DNA of 56,065 nucleotides from a bacterium (GCA_043827085.1 JBDRPO010000005.1:1-56065); one strand, 5' to 3'; shown: positions 33,872 to 42,319, numbered from the stretch's first letter. Notes: a model not told the origin generated them from the sequence alone. A program made the numbers and translations.

Positions 33872-34315
33872 CTATGCCATTGGAGAGCATCCATCCGGCA
33901 TACAAGGATTACCACCCGCACCTGGCACACACAAAACATCTGGCTGACAAGCTGCAGTAGGTATACAACCTGACATCTCTGGAATACATAGTGCAAACGG
34001 ATTACAACCCTGCTCTGGCATACATGGTTGTAACGGCTGACAAAATGGCGCACACTCACCAGCCTGAACACTATTTCTTTTAGCAGTTTCGGTTTGAACA
34101 ATCAATTCGGGATTTTCACTTACTTTAATACCACTACTCATTAACATACTAGCTACATTCTCATCAGGAGAAATCGTTCCCAACAGAATATTCTGTGCTT
34201 CCCGATTTATTGAAAAAACATATCCTCGCGCCCAATCATATACAGCACTACGTTTATAACCTTCTACTAATGCTTGATCATCACTCAATCTATAAATCAA
34301 ATGCTCTTTACCCAT
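33872..34315 (-). CDS. Orphan protein: PqqD/RRE-like N-terminal module (tentative) plus a C-terminal (Cys-x-Pro) x10 repeat tail
   Basis: In the tail GECAPFCQPLQPCMPEQGCNPFALCIPEMSGCIPTAACQPDVLCVPGAGGNPCMPDGCSPMA every Cys is followed by x-Pro. The frame continues GCPPGMPPGGD after the TAG. Confidence 0.6.
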   Translation of the reverse strand: MGKEHLIYRLSDDQALVEGYKRSAVYDWARGYVFSINREAQNILLGTISPDENVASMLMSSGIKVSENPELIVQTETAKRNSVQAGECAPFCQPLQPCMPEQGCNPFALCIPEMSGCIPTAACQPDVLCVPGAGGNPCMPDGCSPMA

Positions 34316-34438
34316 AAGTTTTCCTCAGAGTAATTATAGGCCAAGAAGTCAAGCTAATTACACAAATGCTTGCCAATTCCCGCAATTAGTGCGTTAATAA
34401 TAGGTAGATTTCAGTTAGTAGTTATCCGATCTCAGAAT

Positions 34439-34834
34439 ATGGAACAATTTATACAATCAAGTCTCCCAATTGCCAAGTTAAAAGTATGGCAAGAATCAAT
34501 TAATTTAGTAAAACAAATATATTTATTGACACGAAAGCTACCTAAAGAAGAATTATATTGCCTAACACCTCAACTCAGAAGAGCCGTTATTTCAATTCCT
34601 TCAAATTTAGCTGAAGGCCAACAAAAACATTCACAAAAAGATTTTCTGAGATATATTGATATCGCTCTTGGATCTACAGCAGAGATTCGTACACAACTAA
34701 TAGTAGCTAGGGAAATATACAATGTTAATATCGATCTAGAAGAAAACTTGGCTGAAGCTGTATCTAAAATGCTACATGGTTTAAGAAAAACCATATTATC
34801 AAACATTAATTCAGAGATCTCAGCAGAGATCTGA
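34439..34834 (+). CDS. Four-helix-bundle protein (23S rRNA intervening-sequence protein / Avd-like family)
   Basis: KVWQESINLVKQIY.LTRKLPKEE...QLRRAVISIPSNLAEG......DF..YI.IALGS..E. Start set at MEQF (track start is 34370). Confidence 0.75.
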   Translation: MEQFIQSSLPIAKLKVWQESINLVKQIYLLTRKLPKEELYCLTPQLRRAVISIPSNLAEGQQKHSQKDFLRYIDIALGSTAEIRTQLIVAREIYNVNIDLEENLAEAVSKMLHGLRKTILSNINSEISAEI

Positions 34835-34855
34835 GAACGGAAATCTGAGAACTAT

Positions 34856-36037
34856 ATGTACTCTCCCAAATACACGATCACCAATAGCATCCTCAAAAAC
34901 GTCGGCACCATCGACTCTGCCCGCGAGGTGATCTCCCACGCCCCTCTCGTTCCCGCCTGGGAACGTCGTTTCCAAACCGAAGCTCGCCTCAAAATCATCC
35001 ACCACGGTACTCACCTCGAAGGCAATGACCTAAATCTCGAAGAGGTTGAAGAAATCCTTTCTCCCTCCCCAGGGTCTGACCTTAAAGGACGAGCCCAACC
35101 CGCAGACTCAAAGGCTGGAAGGTCAGACCCTATAGGTACTCCCCCCGCCCGCGATCGCGACATCCGCGAAGTCATCAACTACCGCGCCGTCATGGACTAT
35201 CTCGATACTCTTGTGCCCAAGGGGTCTGACCTTGAAGGAAGTGCCCAACCCGAACGCAGTGAGGGAAGGTCAGACCCCAAAGGATATATCGTTTTATCTC
35301 CCCACCTCCTCTCCGAAGTTCACAAGTTGACTGTCGCGGGTTTACTCCCCGATGACGAAGCCGGCCACTACCGCAGCGTCAAAGTGGTCATTAGAAACAC
35401 CGAGACTCACGAGATCAGCTTCCGCCCTCCTCCTCCTCTCGACGTACCATTTTTAATTGATGATCTCTTCGCTTGGCTAGAGTGCGACGAAGGCAAGGCC
35501 GTCCACCCACTCCTGCGCGCCGGCATTCTCCACTACGAGCTAGTCCGTATCCACCCTTTCACCGACGGCAACGGCCGTACTGCCCGTGCCATAGCTCTCC
35601 TGCTCCTATTTCTTGAAGGTTACCAAGTCAAAAAATTCTTCGCCCTCGAAGAATACTACGATTCTCACCCCGAAGAATACTATGCAGCCCTCCAATCGGT
35701 TTCAAGCTCGGGTGAGCTCACCAGCTGGCTCGAGTACTTCACGCTCGGTATCGCCATCGAATTCAACCGCATCAAAACCTTAGTCCAAAAGCTCTCACTC
35801 GACCTCCATCTCAAAACTACCCTGGGTGGACGCCAAATCACCCTCTCAACCCGCCAAATCAAGCTCGTCGAGTACATTGAACGCCACGGACAAATCAGTA
35901 TGGGGAGTGTCCGCGATCTCTTACCTGACGTCTCCGAGGACACGATCCTCCGTGATCTCCGTGATCTGGTCAGCAAAAACTTACTCACCAAAAAAGGCAG
36001 TACCAAAGGCACCAAGTATTATCTAAAATCAAATTAA
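34856..36037 (+). CDS. Fic-family protein (AMPylase-type) carrying two in-frame palindromic insertions
   Basis: HPFTDGNGRTARA Fic motif and a C-terminal wHTH-like region. Two paralogous inserts: GSDLKGRAQPADSKAGRSDP and GSDLEGSAQPERSEGRSDP. Confidence 0.85.
   Translation: MYSPKYTITNSILKNVGTIDSAREVISHAPLVPAWERRFQTEARLKIIHHGTHLEGNDLNLEEVEEILSPSPGSDLKGRAQPADSKAGRSDPIGTPPARDRDIREVINYRAVMDYLDTLVPKGSDLEGSAQPERSEGRSDPKGYIVLSPHLLSEVHKLTVAGLLPDDEAGHYRSVKVVIRNTETHEISFRPPPPLDVPFLIDDLFAWLECDEGKAVHPLLRAGILHYELVRIHPFTDGNGRTARAIALLLLFLEGYQVKKFFALEEYYDSHPEEYYAALQSVSSSGELTSWLEYFTLGIAIEFNRIKTLVQKLSLDLHLKTTLGGRQITLSTRQIKLVEYIERHGQISMGSVRDLLPDVSEDTILRDLRDLVSKNLLTKKGSTKGTKYYLKSN
35072..35130 (+). repeat. In-frame palindromic element 1 (arms GGGTCTGACCTT / AAGGTCAGACCC, 35-nt interior)
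   Basis: Perfect 12-bp inverted arms. The interior shares GCCCAACCCG with element 2. Confidence 0.85.
35221..35278 (+). repeat. In-frame palindromic element 2 (arms GGGGTCTGACCTT / AAGGTCAGACCCC)
   Basis: Perfect 13-bp inverted arms. Homologous to element 1. Confidence 0.85.
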
Positions 36038-36048
36038 TAATTATGACT

Positions 36049-36076
36049 AAAATCTGGTATCTGGAATCTGGAATCT
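36049..36076 (+). repeat. Heptamer array f: AAAATCT GGTATCT GGAATCT GGAATCT
   Basis: Read directly, 3 nt upstream of ATG 36080. 36052-36069 is a perfect 18-bp inverted repeat of 36285-36302. Confidence 0.9.
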
Positions 36077-36079
36077 AAT

Positions 36080-36274
36080 ATGAACACTGCCGCCGACTCT
36101 TCTTTCCTCATGATGCTCTTTATCCTCCCCTCTCTTTTTGGGTTAACTTTAATCGGCGAAGGCGTGAACAAAATCATGAACTACGATAACCACGGCTGGA
36201 TCGGAGTCTCCGTCGGCGGCATCTTCGTCACTATCATCCTCATCGCGTACTTTATGTTTTCAACAAAGACTTAA
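36080..36274 (+). CDS. Small two-TM membrane protein (64 aa), hypothetical
   Basis: Two hydrophobic helices. Bracketed by the inverted heptamer arrays f and g. Confidence 0.45.
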   Translation: MNTAADSSFLMMLFILPSLFGLTLIGEGVNKIMNYDNHGWIGVSVGGIFVTIILIAYFMFSTKT

Positions 36275-36284
36275 GGTTGAAAAC

Positions 36285-36312
36285 AGATTCCAGATACCAG
36301 ATTCTAGATTCC
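36285..36312 (-). repeat. Heptamer array g, the only inverted copy: AGATTCC AGATACC AGATTCT AGATTCC on the plus strand
   Basis: Read directly. It overlaps the 3' end of the four-helix-bundle pseudogene. Confidence 0.9.
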
Positions 36313-36669
36313 AGTTTTTGACGCTTTAATCAAACCAAACATCATCTTTTGGATTTCAATCACTCTTGACAACAAAGCATCTATCACAGTTTGATCCTGC
36401 AAATATCCCACATCTCGCACAATGTAAATTTGATTTCTCACTTCCGTCAAAGAACCCATGGCCATATGGAAAAATTGTATTTTTTCTTTGGAACTCTGTC
36501 TACCAAATCCTTCAGCAATATTGCTTGTTATTTATACGCTGGCTCGTCTCAGTTGATCAGCTAGACCATATCTCTCAAAACTTGGAAACTTTGCAACTAA
36601 TTTATAAATTTCAACCACTAAAACATGAGTCTTTTGCCAAACAAACAAATCAGTAAAATCTTTTATCAC
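36304..36669 (-). pseudogene. Four-helix-bundle (23S rRNA IVS / Avd-like) gene with one in-frame TAA (codon 46, nt 36532-36534)
   Basis: Hand translation: (GTG)IKDFTDLFVWQKTHVLVVEIYKLVAKFPSFERYGLADQLRRASV*ITSNIAEGFGRQSSKEKIQFFHMAMGSLTEVRNQIYIVRDVGYL...KTGI*. Absent from the ORF track because of the stop. Confidence 0.75.
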
Positions 36670-36684
36670 TCCCCTACCCCCACT

Positions 36685-36712
36685 AGAGTCTGATATCTAG
36701 AGTCTGGAGTCT
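36685..36712 (+). repeat. Heptamer array h: AGAGTCT GATATCT AGAGTCT GGAGTCT
   Basis: Read directly. Intergenic. Confidence 0.85.
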
Positions 36713-36726
36713 ACATTCGGCCACTT

Positions 36727-38544
36727 TCAGTTGCCGAATGTCCCCGGCGCCACCTCTTGCCACTGCATCGCAAAACTCTTGAGCCTATTTGGCATATTCG
36801 TGATCAAGTCTGGCCGATAAACAAAGCTATCCCCCGCCAAAGTCTTGTTCGTCCTTCCCAAGTCTCTAGCCATATTAATATTTCCCCACACCACGAGCGA
36901 ACCCTGGAACTCCAGGGGGTCATCATCCAGGATCAATAGTACATACTTTGATTCAGTGCGATAATTTCCACTCATGTCGTACAATCCCTGTACCTTTGTC
37001 ACATCCGAGGCAACTGTCACGTCTCCCTTGACGAAAAACGCCAGGAATCCACCCTGCTCCACTTCTATATTCTCGGCAATCCGCAAGTCCCCGTTGACAA
37101 AGATCACGTAGCTCTCGCCCGCCGAGACCAACCACGGCGAGTCCACCGTCGAGTCTCCCGCCTGATAATAAAAATCCTTCCCTCCGCTGGGTTTGTTACT
37201 CAAATTATTAGTGACCCAATCGTCTTCTTGGGCCGGCAACACTCCCATATTCGCCGCAAAGTAATTGTAGTCCATTCTCTTCCCCCTATACGTTGTCGTC
37301 GCCATCCAGCCCGGGTCCGACACATACCCCCTGCCCAAATCCGCACTTCCCTGTGCCGTAAACAAGGCTCCCTCCGTCCCCCCCACTGCGGGTAGTAGTA
37401 GCCGCATCGACGAGTCCGGCAGCTCTGAGTTTACCGCTCCCCCTCCGTACACCCCGGCTCCCGTCACTTGCCACCAAGGGTCAGGTAAATCATTCAAGAA
37501 AAAGTTGTTGTTATTTGACCCCGCCGCCACGCTGGCCTTATTGGGGCAAGTTGCAGCGTTGCAGTCCGAGCAAATATACTCGTCTGGTTTATTCAGTAGT
37601 TGCAGCGACACGCTCGCCGCTGTCGAGCTCGCGATCACATACATCCCGGCATAATCCCCACTGCTTTGTACCGAACCCGCACTCGTTATCCCTCCCTCGT
37701 TGTATCCCACGGCCAAGTCATCGGTCTGCGTCCACGGACTCGCCGTCGAGCAAGTCCCGGTAGGGTCATAATATACATGACCAGTAATATATGAATACCG
37801 CCGGAAATTGGCCGCCGGACAAGTTGTTATTAACCCATACGGCCATTCTTCCGCCGTCACATTGACTCCGATCAGCCCTACCCCTGGATGACTCGCCAGG
37901 TTAATCTTGGCATAGAATTTACTTCCATCCCCGTATCGTATCCCTGGATAGCGGTAATAATTGCTGGCGCACCCTCCCGGCGCCCCATAACTGCACACCT
38001 CAAAAACAACCGTCGGCCAGTGCCACCCCAGTTTGTCCGAACCCGAATACACTCCACTCGCAAACAGGTAAAAGTACCCGCTCGTCAACGACGTCTGTGT
38101 CTGCTGGGGGAAAGCACTGGTACATCTTGGGGGCGGACACGGCGTGAGACACCCAGAGTCCACATCTTCCTTTCCCCTACTCGAAGTATAACTCCCGCAC
38201 GGACACCTTGCCGATCTCCCCTCTCCCTCATCCCCAGTACTCGGGGGCGTACTCGGCACAATCGCATAATACCTCCCATTTGGGGCCTGATAAAACCCCG
38301 CATACACCCCTTCCGAATACTCAAACCCCGTCTGCCCAGGACTAAAGATCTCCTCTCCACTAACATGTCCTACGCTAGTTAAATATAAACCGTTGCTCAA
38401 ATCACCCGGGATCCCCACCAGGCTGCGCCCATCCGAGGTACTATACAGCTCAAAAATATCCTGTGCCTGTGCTCTCCCACCCACGCCCAGCACCAGCCCC
38501 CAGAGTACTACCGCTACTGCCACCAACCTGCCCCATCTCTTCAT
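36727..38544 (-). CDS. Secreted 605-aa protein, hypothetical
   Basis: Signal peptide MKRWGRLVAVAVVLWGLVLGVGGRAQA. Gly/Tyr/Ser-rich, many Cys. The composition looks more GC-rich than the neighbours. Confidence 0.6.
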   Translation of the reverse strand: MKRWGRLVAVAVVLWGLVLGVGGRAQAQDIFELYSTSDGRSLVGIPGDLSNGLYLTSVGHVSGEEIFSPGQTGFEYSEGVYAGFYQAPNGRYYAIVPSTPPSTGDEGEGRSARCPCGSYTSSRGKEDVDSGCLTPCPPPRCTSAFPQQTQTSLTSGYFYLFASGVYSGSDKLGWHWPTVVFEVCSYGAPGGCASNYYRYPGIRYGDGSKFYAKINLASHPGVGLIGVNVTAEEWPYGLITTCPAANFRRYSYITGHVYYDPTGTCSTASPWTQTDDLAVGYNEGGITSAGSVQSSGDYAGMYVIASSTAASVSLQLLNKPDEYICSDCNAATCPNKASVAAGSNNNNFFLNDLPDPWWQVTGAGVYGGGAVNSELPDSSMRLLLPAVGGTEGALFTAQGSADLGRGYVSDPGWMATTTYRGKRMDYNYFAANMGVLPAQEDDWVTNNLSNKPSGGKDFYYQAGDSTVDSPWLVSAGESYVIFVNGDLRIAENIEVEQGGFLAFFVKGDVTVASDVTKVQGLYDMSGNYRTESKYVLLILDDDPLEFQGSLVVWGNINMARDLGRTNKTLAGDSFVYRPDLITNMPNRLKSFAMQWQEVAPGTFGN

Positions 38545-38588
38545 ACTTTCACTATACAGATTTTTGGGAACTTTGCCAAATCTACTTA

Positions 38589-41500
38589 CTATTTTGTCTT
38601 TACCATATTAAACGCAACGTTATCGCCACACCCCACCCCCACTGGCACCTGGTCCAACATGGTCTGGATCGCCCGCACTCTCATCGGCATCGTCTCATTT
38701 TCTCCCAACGGGCTATCTATAAATTTAGCTATCTGCACCCGCGCATCCATCAGCGTCATCTCACTCATCTGACCTTTTTCGTCTGTGAATTTTACTACTT
38801 CTAATCGTAAACCAAAAGATAAACCTGAATTAAAAGGGTCACCACTCGACATTCCATTGCTGAGCTTCGCCACCGCCGTCACTGTCCTGTTTGGACCAAA
38901 ACATGTCTGCATCTCTGGGAAGGTGTTAGGCACGCCATTCCCAAAAGCAAAGTCTCCATCTGTAAACCCAAGCCAATACAAATTCATCCTCTCCCCATTC
39001 TCGTCCAGTGTATCCAAGTGGGCTACGCTCGGTATAAACAACAGCTTATCCAATGGCACTCCCCACGTAATTTCCTGCACCGGCAACATGTTGGGGAAAA
39101 ATACGTTTAGGTCGCTCTGATCCAGCATAAACGCCATATATTCAATGGGTATCTCTGTTGCCTTGTCCGCTTTAGCATAGTTTCCGTCCTTATCCGCGAT
39201 ATTAAAAACAATTACCACAATTTTTTGACCACCAGCCGTTAGGATGACAATATCCCTTGCCCACAATTTTCCCGTCCATGGTCTTTGTTCAAAAATCTTC
39301 TTGGCCTCATCCAGGATGGTTTTAACTGTCATCCCTTCCTTGGCTTTCACTTCGGGTATGTCTGCTGCGTTTTCCGGCAATGGTCCCATTCTTATCTCCC
39401 CCGCGGCGGGAACTGCCTCTTTAATAATCTGCCCTGTTCTCAAATCCAAAAATGCCATTGGCATACCATCCTTATCCAGCTGTATCACTGAATAAACCGT
39501 CTCTTGTTTGTCATGCACCAAGTGCTGCTTCACCGCTCCCGGCTGCATCTCCACCCACTTCATCTGAAATCCATCCAAATCAACCACCCCCAAAGGCATA
39601 AGTGACAAGAAAGGCAAGCCATTCGCGTCAGCCGCGTATCCAACCCTTCCTCCATTTTTCTCTTGTGGTACAACTGACCAGGATACACTAGTCATATCAT
39701 ACGCAAAATCATAATTATTATAAAATGCTTTTTTAGCTTCTTCATAAGTCTGAGCATTCCCCAGTAATCCCTCTCTCCACAACTTAGATATCCACCAACC
39801 CTCCATGTCCGCTACATCTCCTTGGCTCATACTATCAATCGCTGCACGCAGTTGCTCCGTACTCCCCCCGCTTGCTGATAAATCAAAATCAGTCATACTC
39901 CCAGGCAACGTTATACTAACTTCATTAGTTGGAACAACCTCTGCTATAGGGGGAGGTACTGCCGTCGAATTCGACTCAACCACTTGCGGAGTAGGTATCA
40001 CTATCGCAGTCGGCGACGCTTCACTTGCAACTGCTATTGGTACCACAGCAGTTTCATTCCCACTGCAAGCAGTCATCGACGCCATAAACAATGCCAGTGC
40101 AAGTATAGCTATTTTTTGTTTTTTTCCTTCCCCCGTAACCAACCCCAATATTGGCAAACTCATTGCCAATTCCACAGCTCCTGCCGGATTAACTGCAAAT
40201 TCCCCACCCAAACGGGCGAGTTCTGCAATTGCCTGCTGTTTCCACTCCTCACTACCATCTTTAAAACTATCTGCCAACTCCGTCATCGTCGCCTTCACAT
40301 TATCCGGCAACTGATCAAAATATTCGTTAATTTCTGCCTCTACCTGTTCCCCACTCTCTGCTCCTGCATGTATTGCCTTTGTACTCAACAACGCCTCATT
40401 CGCATTCCACGCCTTCATCGCATTTACATCCATGCTCTGATCTTTTTTATGCAGGGCGTCAGTTACATCCACCATAACGTCCGACGCCTCCGCCACAATT
40501 GCGTCAACTTGGCCAATTTGCTCAACGACATATGCCGCTCCCACCAAAGACGCCATCCCCAACACGACAGGAGCTACTGCCCCCAAAGCTTTCTTTGCTT
40601 GACTCGCAACGAGGACAACCGACTCAACTTCTCCTTTCTCTCCTACCCTCACATTTATATCGCTCGTGTCCATCTTGTATCCCACTCCCCTCAAATTTTG
40701 CCACGCTCTAACTATCTCCGCCTTAACCCATGGCTTTGTGCCCAACTCCAATCTTTCACTTTTTCCGATTCTAGTTAGTATACTTCGCGCAGAATCAGCT
40801 ACCAATCTGGCCATTACAGCAGTGCCATTTTCTCCCAGCGCCGACGGTACAAGCACCGTACAACCCCGAATCATTGCCTCTTTAGTTGGAACAACCCGCT
40901 CTAACCTGACCTCACCACTAGGACTTTTTATTTGCCAAACCTCGGAATTATCCAAAACAGCGCCTGCTACCAGGCGCGCCATCTCCGACGTGGGGCTTGT
41001 CCCCCTTGCAGCTCTCCTTCCCACTCCCCCAGCAGCCGCAACCTCCCTCACGATCGCCTCGGTCGTTTGGTCACCTACGCAATTATGCTCTATATACTCA
41101 ACTAATCCTATGTCATTTTTAATCCCCATCATCCCCAATATCGCCTTAGCCGTATTCTCCTTACTTTGTGGCAACTCGGTAATTTTCACATCATAATCAC
41201 CCTTTGGCCCTTTTACGGGTTTTATCCCTCTCCTAGATACTGCCTGCCACTTCATTACACTCTTTCCCACATCAGTTAAAAACAAAATCTTCTCTCTCTT
41301 CAATTGTTCCTCCGAGTTTACCCCCATTTCCTTCGCCAACTTCTTCACCTGGAGACCAAACCTGCCCCTTTGCTCAACTACACTACTCAACGCCTCAGGC
41401 ACACAGGCTATACTATGCTCATCAGCCAAAGTCTTAGCGACTGCCACTGCTGCCAAAGCAGCTTTCTCTGTTTGTAAACCGTGCACTACGTCGCTTGCAG

Positions 41501-41822
41501 CCTCACCACTTTTTACAACAACGCGTTTACCTTCCGAATCGACATAATTTTTACCCACTGCCGTCTCTCTCAGTTCTTCTGGAGTCATGAGTCCAAACCA
41601 ATGCCCAAGCTGATTCACGTCAGATTCAGGTTCACCCATATCTCCATGCCACAAACTCATTCCCCTCATAGCTTGCAACCATTGCCCAGAATCCCCAATC
41701 ATATTCAACTCCGACACCTTTCTTGCCTCCAGCCCATCCCCCGCAGAAGCAACTGAACGCTTTCGTCCAGCTAGACTCCTCGCTTCTAGATTAGTCACCT
41801 CAAATCGCCTCATAATAGTCAT
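38589..41822 (-). CDS. 1077-aa membrane protein, hypothetical: soluble N-terminal half, internal TM/lipobox-like segment, large C-terminal extracytoplasmic half
   Basis: Uninterrupted ORF. Hydrophobic segments near VAPVVLGMASLVGAAYVV and KKQKIAILALALFMASMTAC (Cys586, nt 40065-40067). No recognised catalytic motif. Confidence 0.6.
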   Translation of the reverse strand: MTIMRRFEVTNLEARSLAGRKRSVASAGDGLEARKVSELNMIGDSGQWLQAMRGMSLWHGDMGEPESDVNQLGHWFGLMTPEELRETAVGKNYVDSEGKRVVVKSGEAASDVVHGLQTEKAALAAVAVAKTLADEHSIACVPEALSSVVEQRGRFGLQVKKLAKEMGVNSEEQLKREKILFLTDVGKSVMKWQAVSRRGIKPVKGPKGDYDVKITELPQSKENTAKAILGMMGIKNDIGLVEYIEHNCVGDQTTEAIVREVAAAGGVGRRAARGTSPTSEMARLVAGAVLDNSEVWQIKSPSGEVRLERVVPTKEAMIRGCTVLVPSALGENGTAVMARLVADSARSILTRIGKSERLELGTKPWVKAEIVRAWQNLRGVGYKMDTSDINVRVGEKGEVESVVLVASQAKKALGAVAPVVLGMASLVGAAYVVEQIGQVDAIVAEASDVMVDVTDALHKKDQSMDVNAMKAWNANEALLSTKAIHAGAESGEQVEAEINEYFDQLPDNVKATMTELADSFKDGSEEWKQQAIAELARLGGEFAVNPAGAVELAMSLPILGLVTGEGKKQKIAILALALFMASMTACSGNETAVVPIAVASEASPTAIVIPTPQVVESNSTAVPPPIAEVVPTNEVSITLPGSMTDFDLSASGGSTEQLRAAIDSMSQGDVADMEGWWISKLWREGLLGNAQTYEEAKKAFYNNYDFAYDMTSVSWSVVPQEKNGGRVGYAADANGLPFLSLMPLGVVDLDGFQMKWVEMQPGAVKQHLVHDKQETVYSVIQLDKDGMPMAFLDLRTGQIIKEAVPAAGEIRMGPLPENAADIPEVKAKEGMTVKTILDEAKKIFEQRPWTGKLWARDIVILTAGGQKIVVIVFNIADKDGNYAKADKATEIPIEYMAFMLDQSDLNVFFPNMLPVQEITWGVPLDKLLFIPSVAHLDTLDENGERMNLYWLGFTDGDFAFGNGVPNTFPEMQTCFGPNRTVTAVAKLSNGMSSGDPFNSGLSFGLRLEVVKFTDEKGQMSEMTLMDARVQIAKFIDSPLGENETMPMRVRAIQTMLDQVPVGVGCGDNVAFNMVKTK

Positions 41823-42031
41823 AGATTATAGGACTTAACGACGCAATCGTCAAATCGGGGGAACTGCCGGATAAATCCACCATACACACCATCTACACAT
41901 TCTATACTATCACTCATTCTCATCTCCCTCATCAACTCTATTTTATCAGAATCTCCTTTCTTGCACAACCCCCTCTTGTTACAAGGTTCAAAACACTGTA
42001 GTACAATATTAATATGGTTAGCAATAAACAA
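41819..42031 (-). CDS. Possible small Cys-containing protein (70 aa), ATGA-coupled to the 1077-aa gene
   Basis: Stop/start overlap at 41819-41822. It overlaps the divergent MNT gene start by 18 nt. Weak support. Confidence 0.3.
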   Translation of the reverse strand: MFIANHINIVLQCFEPCNKRGLCKKGDSDKIELMREMRMSDSIECVDGVYGGFIRQFPRFDDCVVKSYNL

Positions 42032-42319
42032 GATGTATACACCCTGCTCTTAAACAACAAAACAAGACTGCAAAAACTTGGGATTATTAGATTGGGCTTA
42101 TTCGGATCTTTTATTAATAATCAACAAACCAATAATAGTGATATTGATTTACTCGTGGAATTCGACAAAAACAAAAAAACCTTTCGCAATTTCATAGATA
42201 CCGCCGATTTTGCAGAACAATTATTGGGTCGAAATGTCGATTTAGTTACAACAGAATCTCTTAGCCCCTACATCGGACCACACATTATCAAGGAAGTACA
42301 ATATGTTCAAATTGCCTGA
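42014..42319 (+). CDS. MNT-type nucleotidyltransferase (antitoxin of the HepT/MNT type VII TA)
   Basis: GLFGSFINN...SDIDLLVEF (GS...DxD) motif. Confidence 0.75.
   Translation: MVSNKQDVYTLLLNNKTRLQKLGIIRLGLFGSFINNQQTNNSDIDLLVEFDKNKKTFRNFIDTADFAEQLLGRNVDLVTTESLSPYIGPHIIKEVQYVQIA

Noticed and set aside
33670-34101. A 143-aa minus-strand ORF overlapping the C-x-P repeat gene in another frame.
   Set aside because: It is an alternative frame of the same repeat DNA. Its translation is a Val/Arg/Cys-rich artefact without a start context, while the 33872-34315 frame gives a coherent N-terminal domain plus the regular C-x-P pattern.
36532-36534. Stop-codon reassignment (TAA read as sense) as an explanation for the in-frame TAA in the four-helix-bundle gene. 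The same idea was considered for the TAG after the C-x-P repeat.
   Set aside because: TAA, TAG and TGA all terminate well-conserved genes in this window at the expected positions (for example the EEP gene and the ICMT-like gene with TAA, obg and the CsoR-like gene with TAG, the pilin genes with TGA). The standard code fits, so a nonsense mutation is the simpler reading.
34439-36669. A diversity-generating retroelement, suspected because two Avd-like four-helix-bundle genes flank the Fic gene.
   Set aside because: No reverse transcriptase ORF and no template/variable repeat pair with adenine-specific mismatches is visible in the window. Four-helix-bundle genes of this family also occur alone.
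38589-41822. Splitting the 1077-aa ORF into two genes at the internal lipobox-like signal near nt 40130.
   Set aside because: There is no stop codon or frameshift between the halves, and no SD or start immediately before the hydrophobic segment. The question stays open and is listed under the findings.
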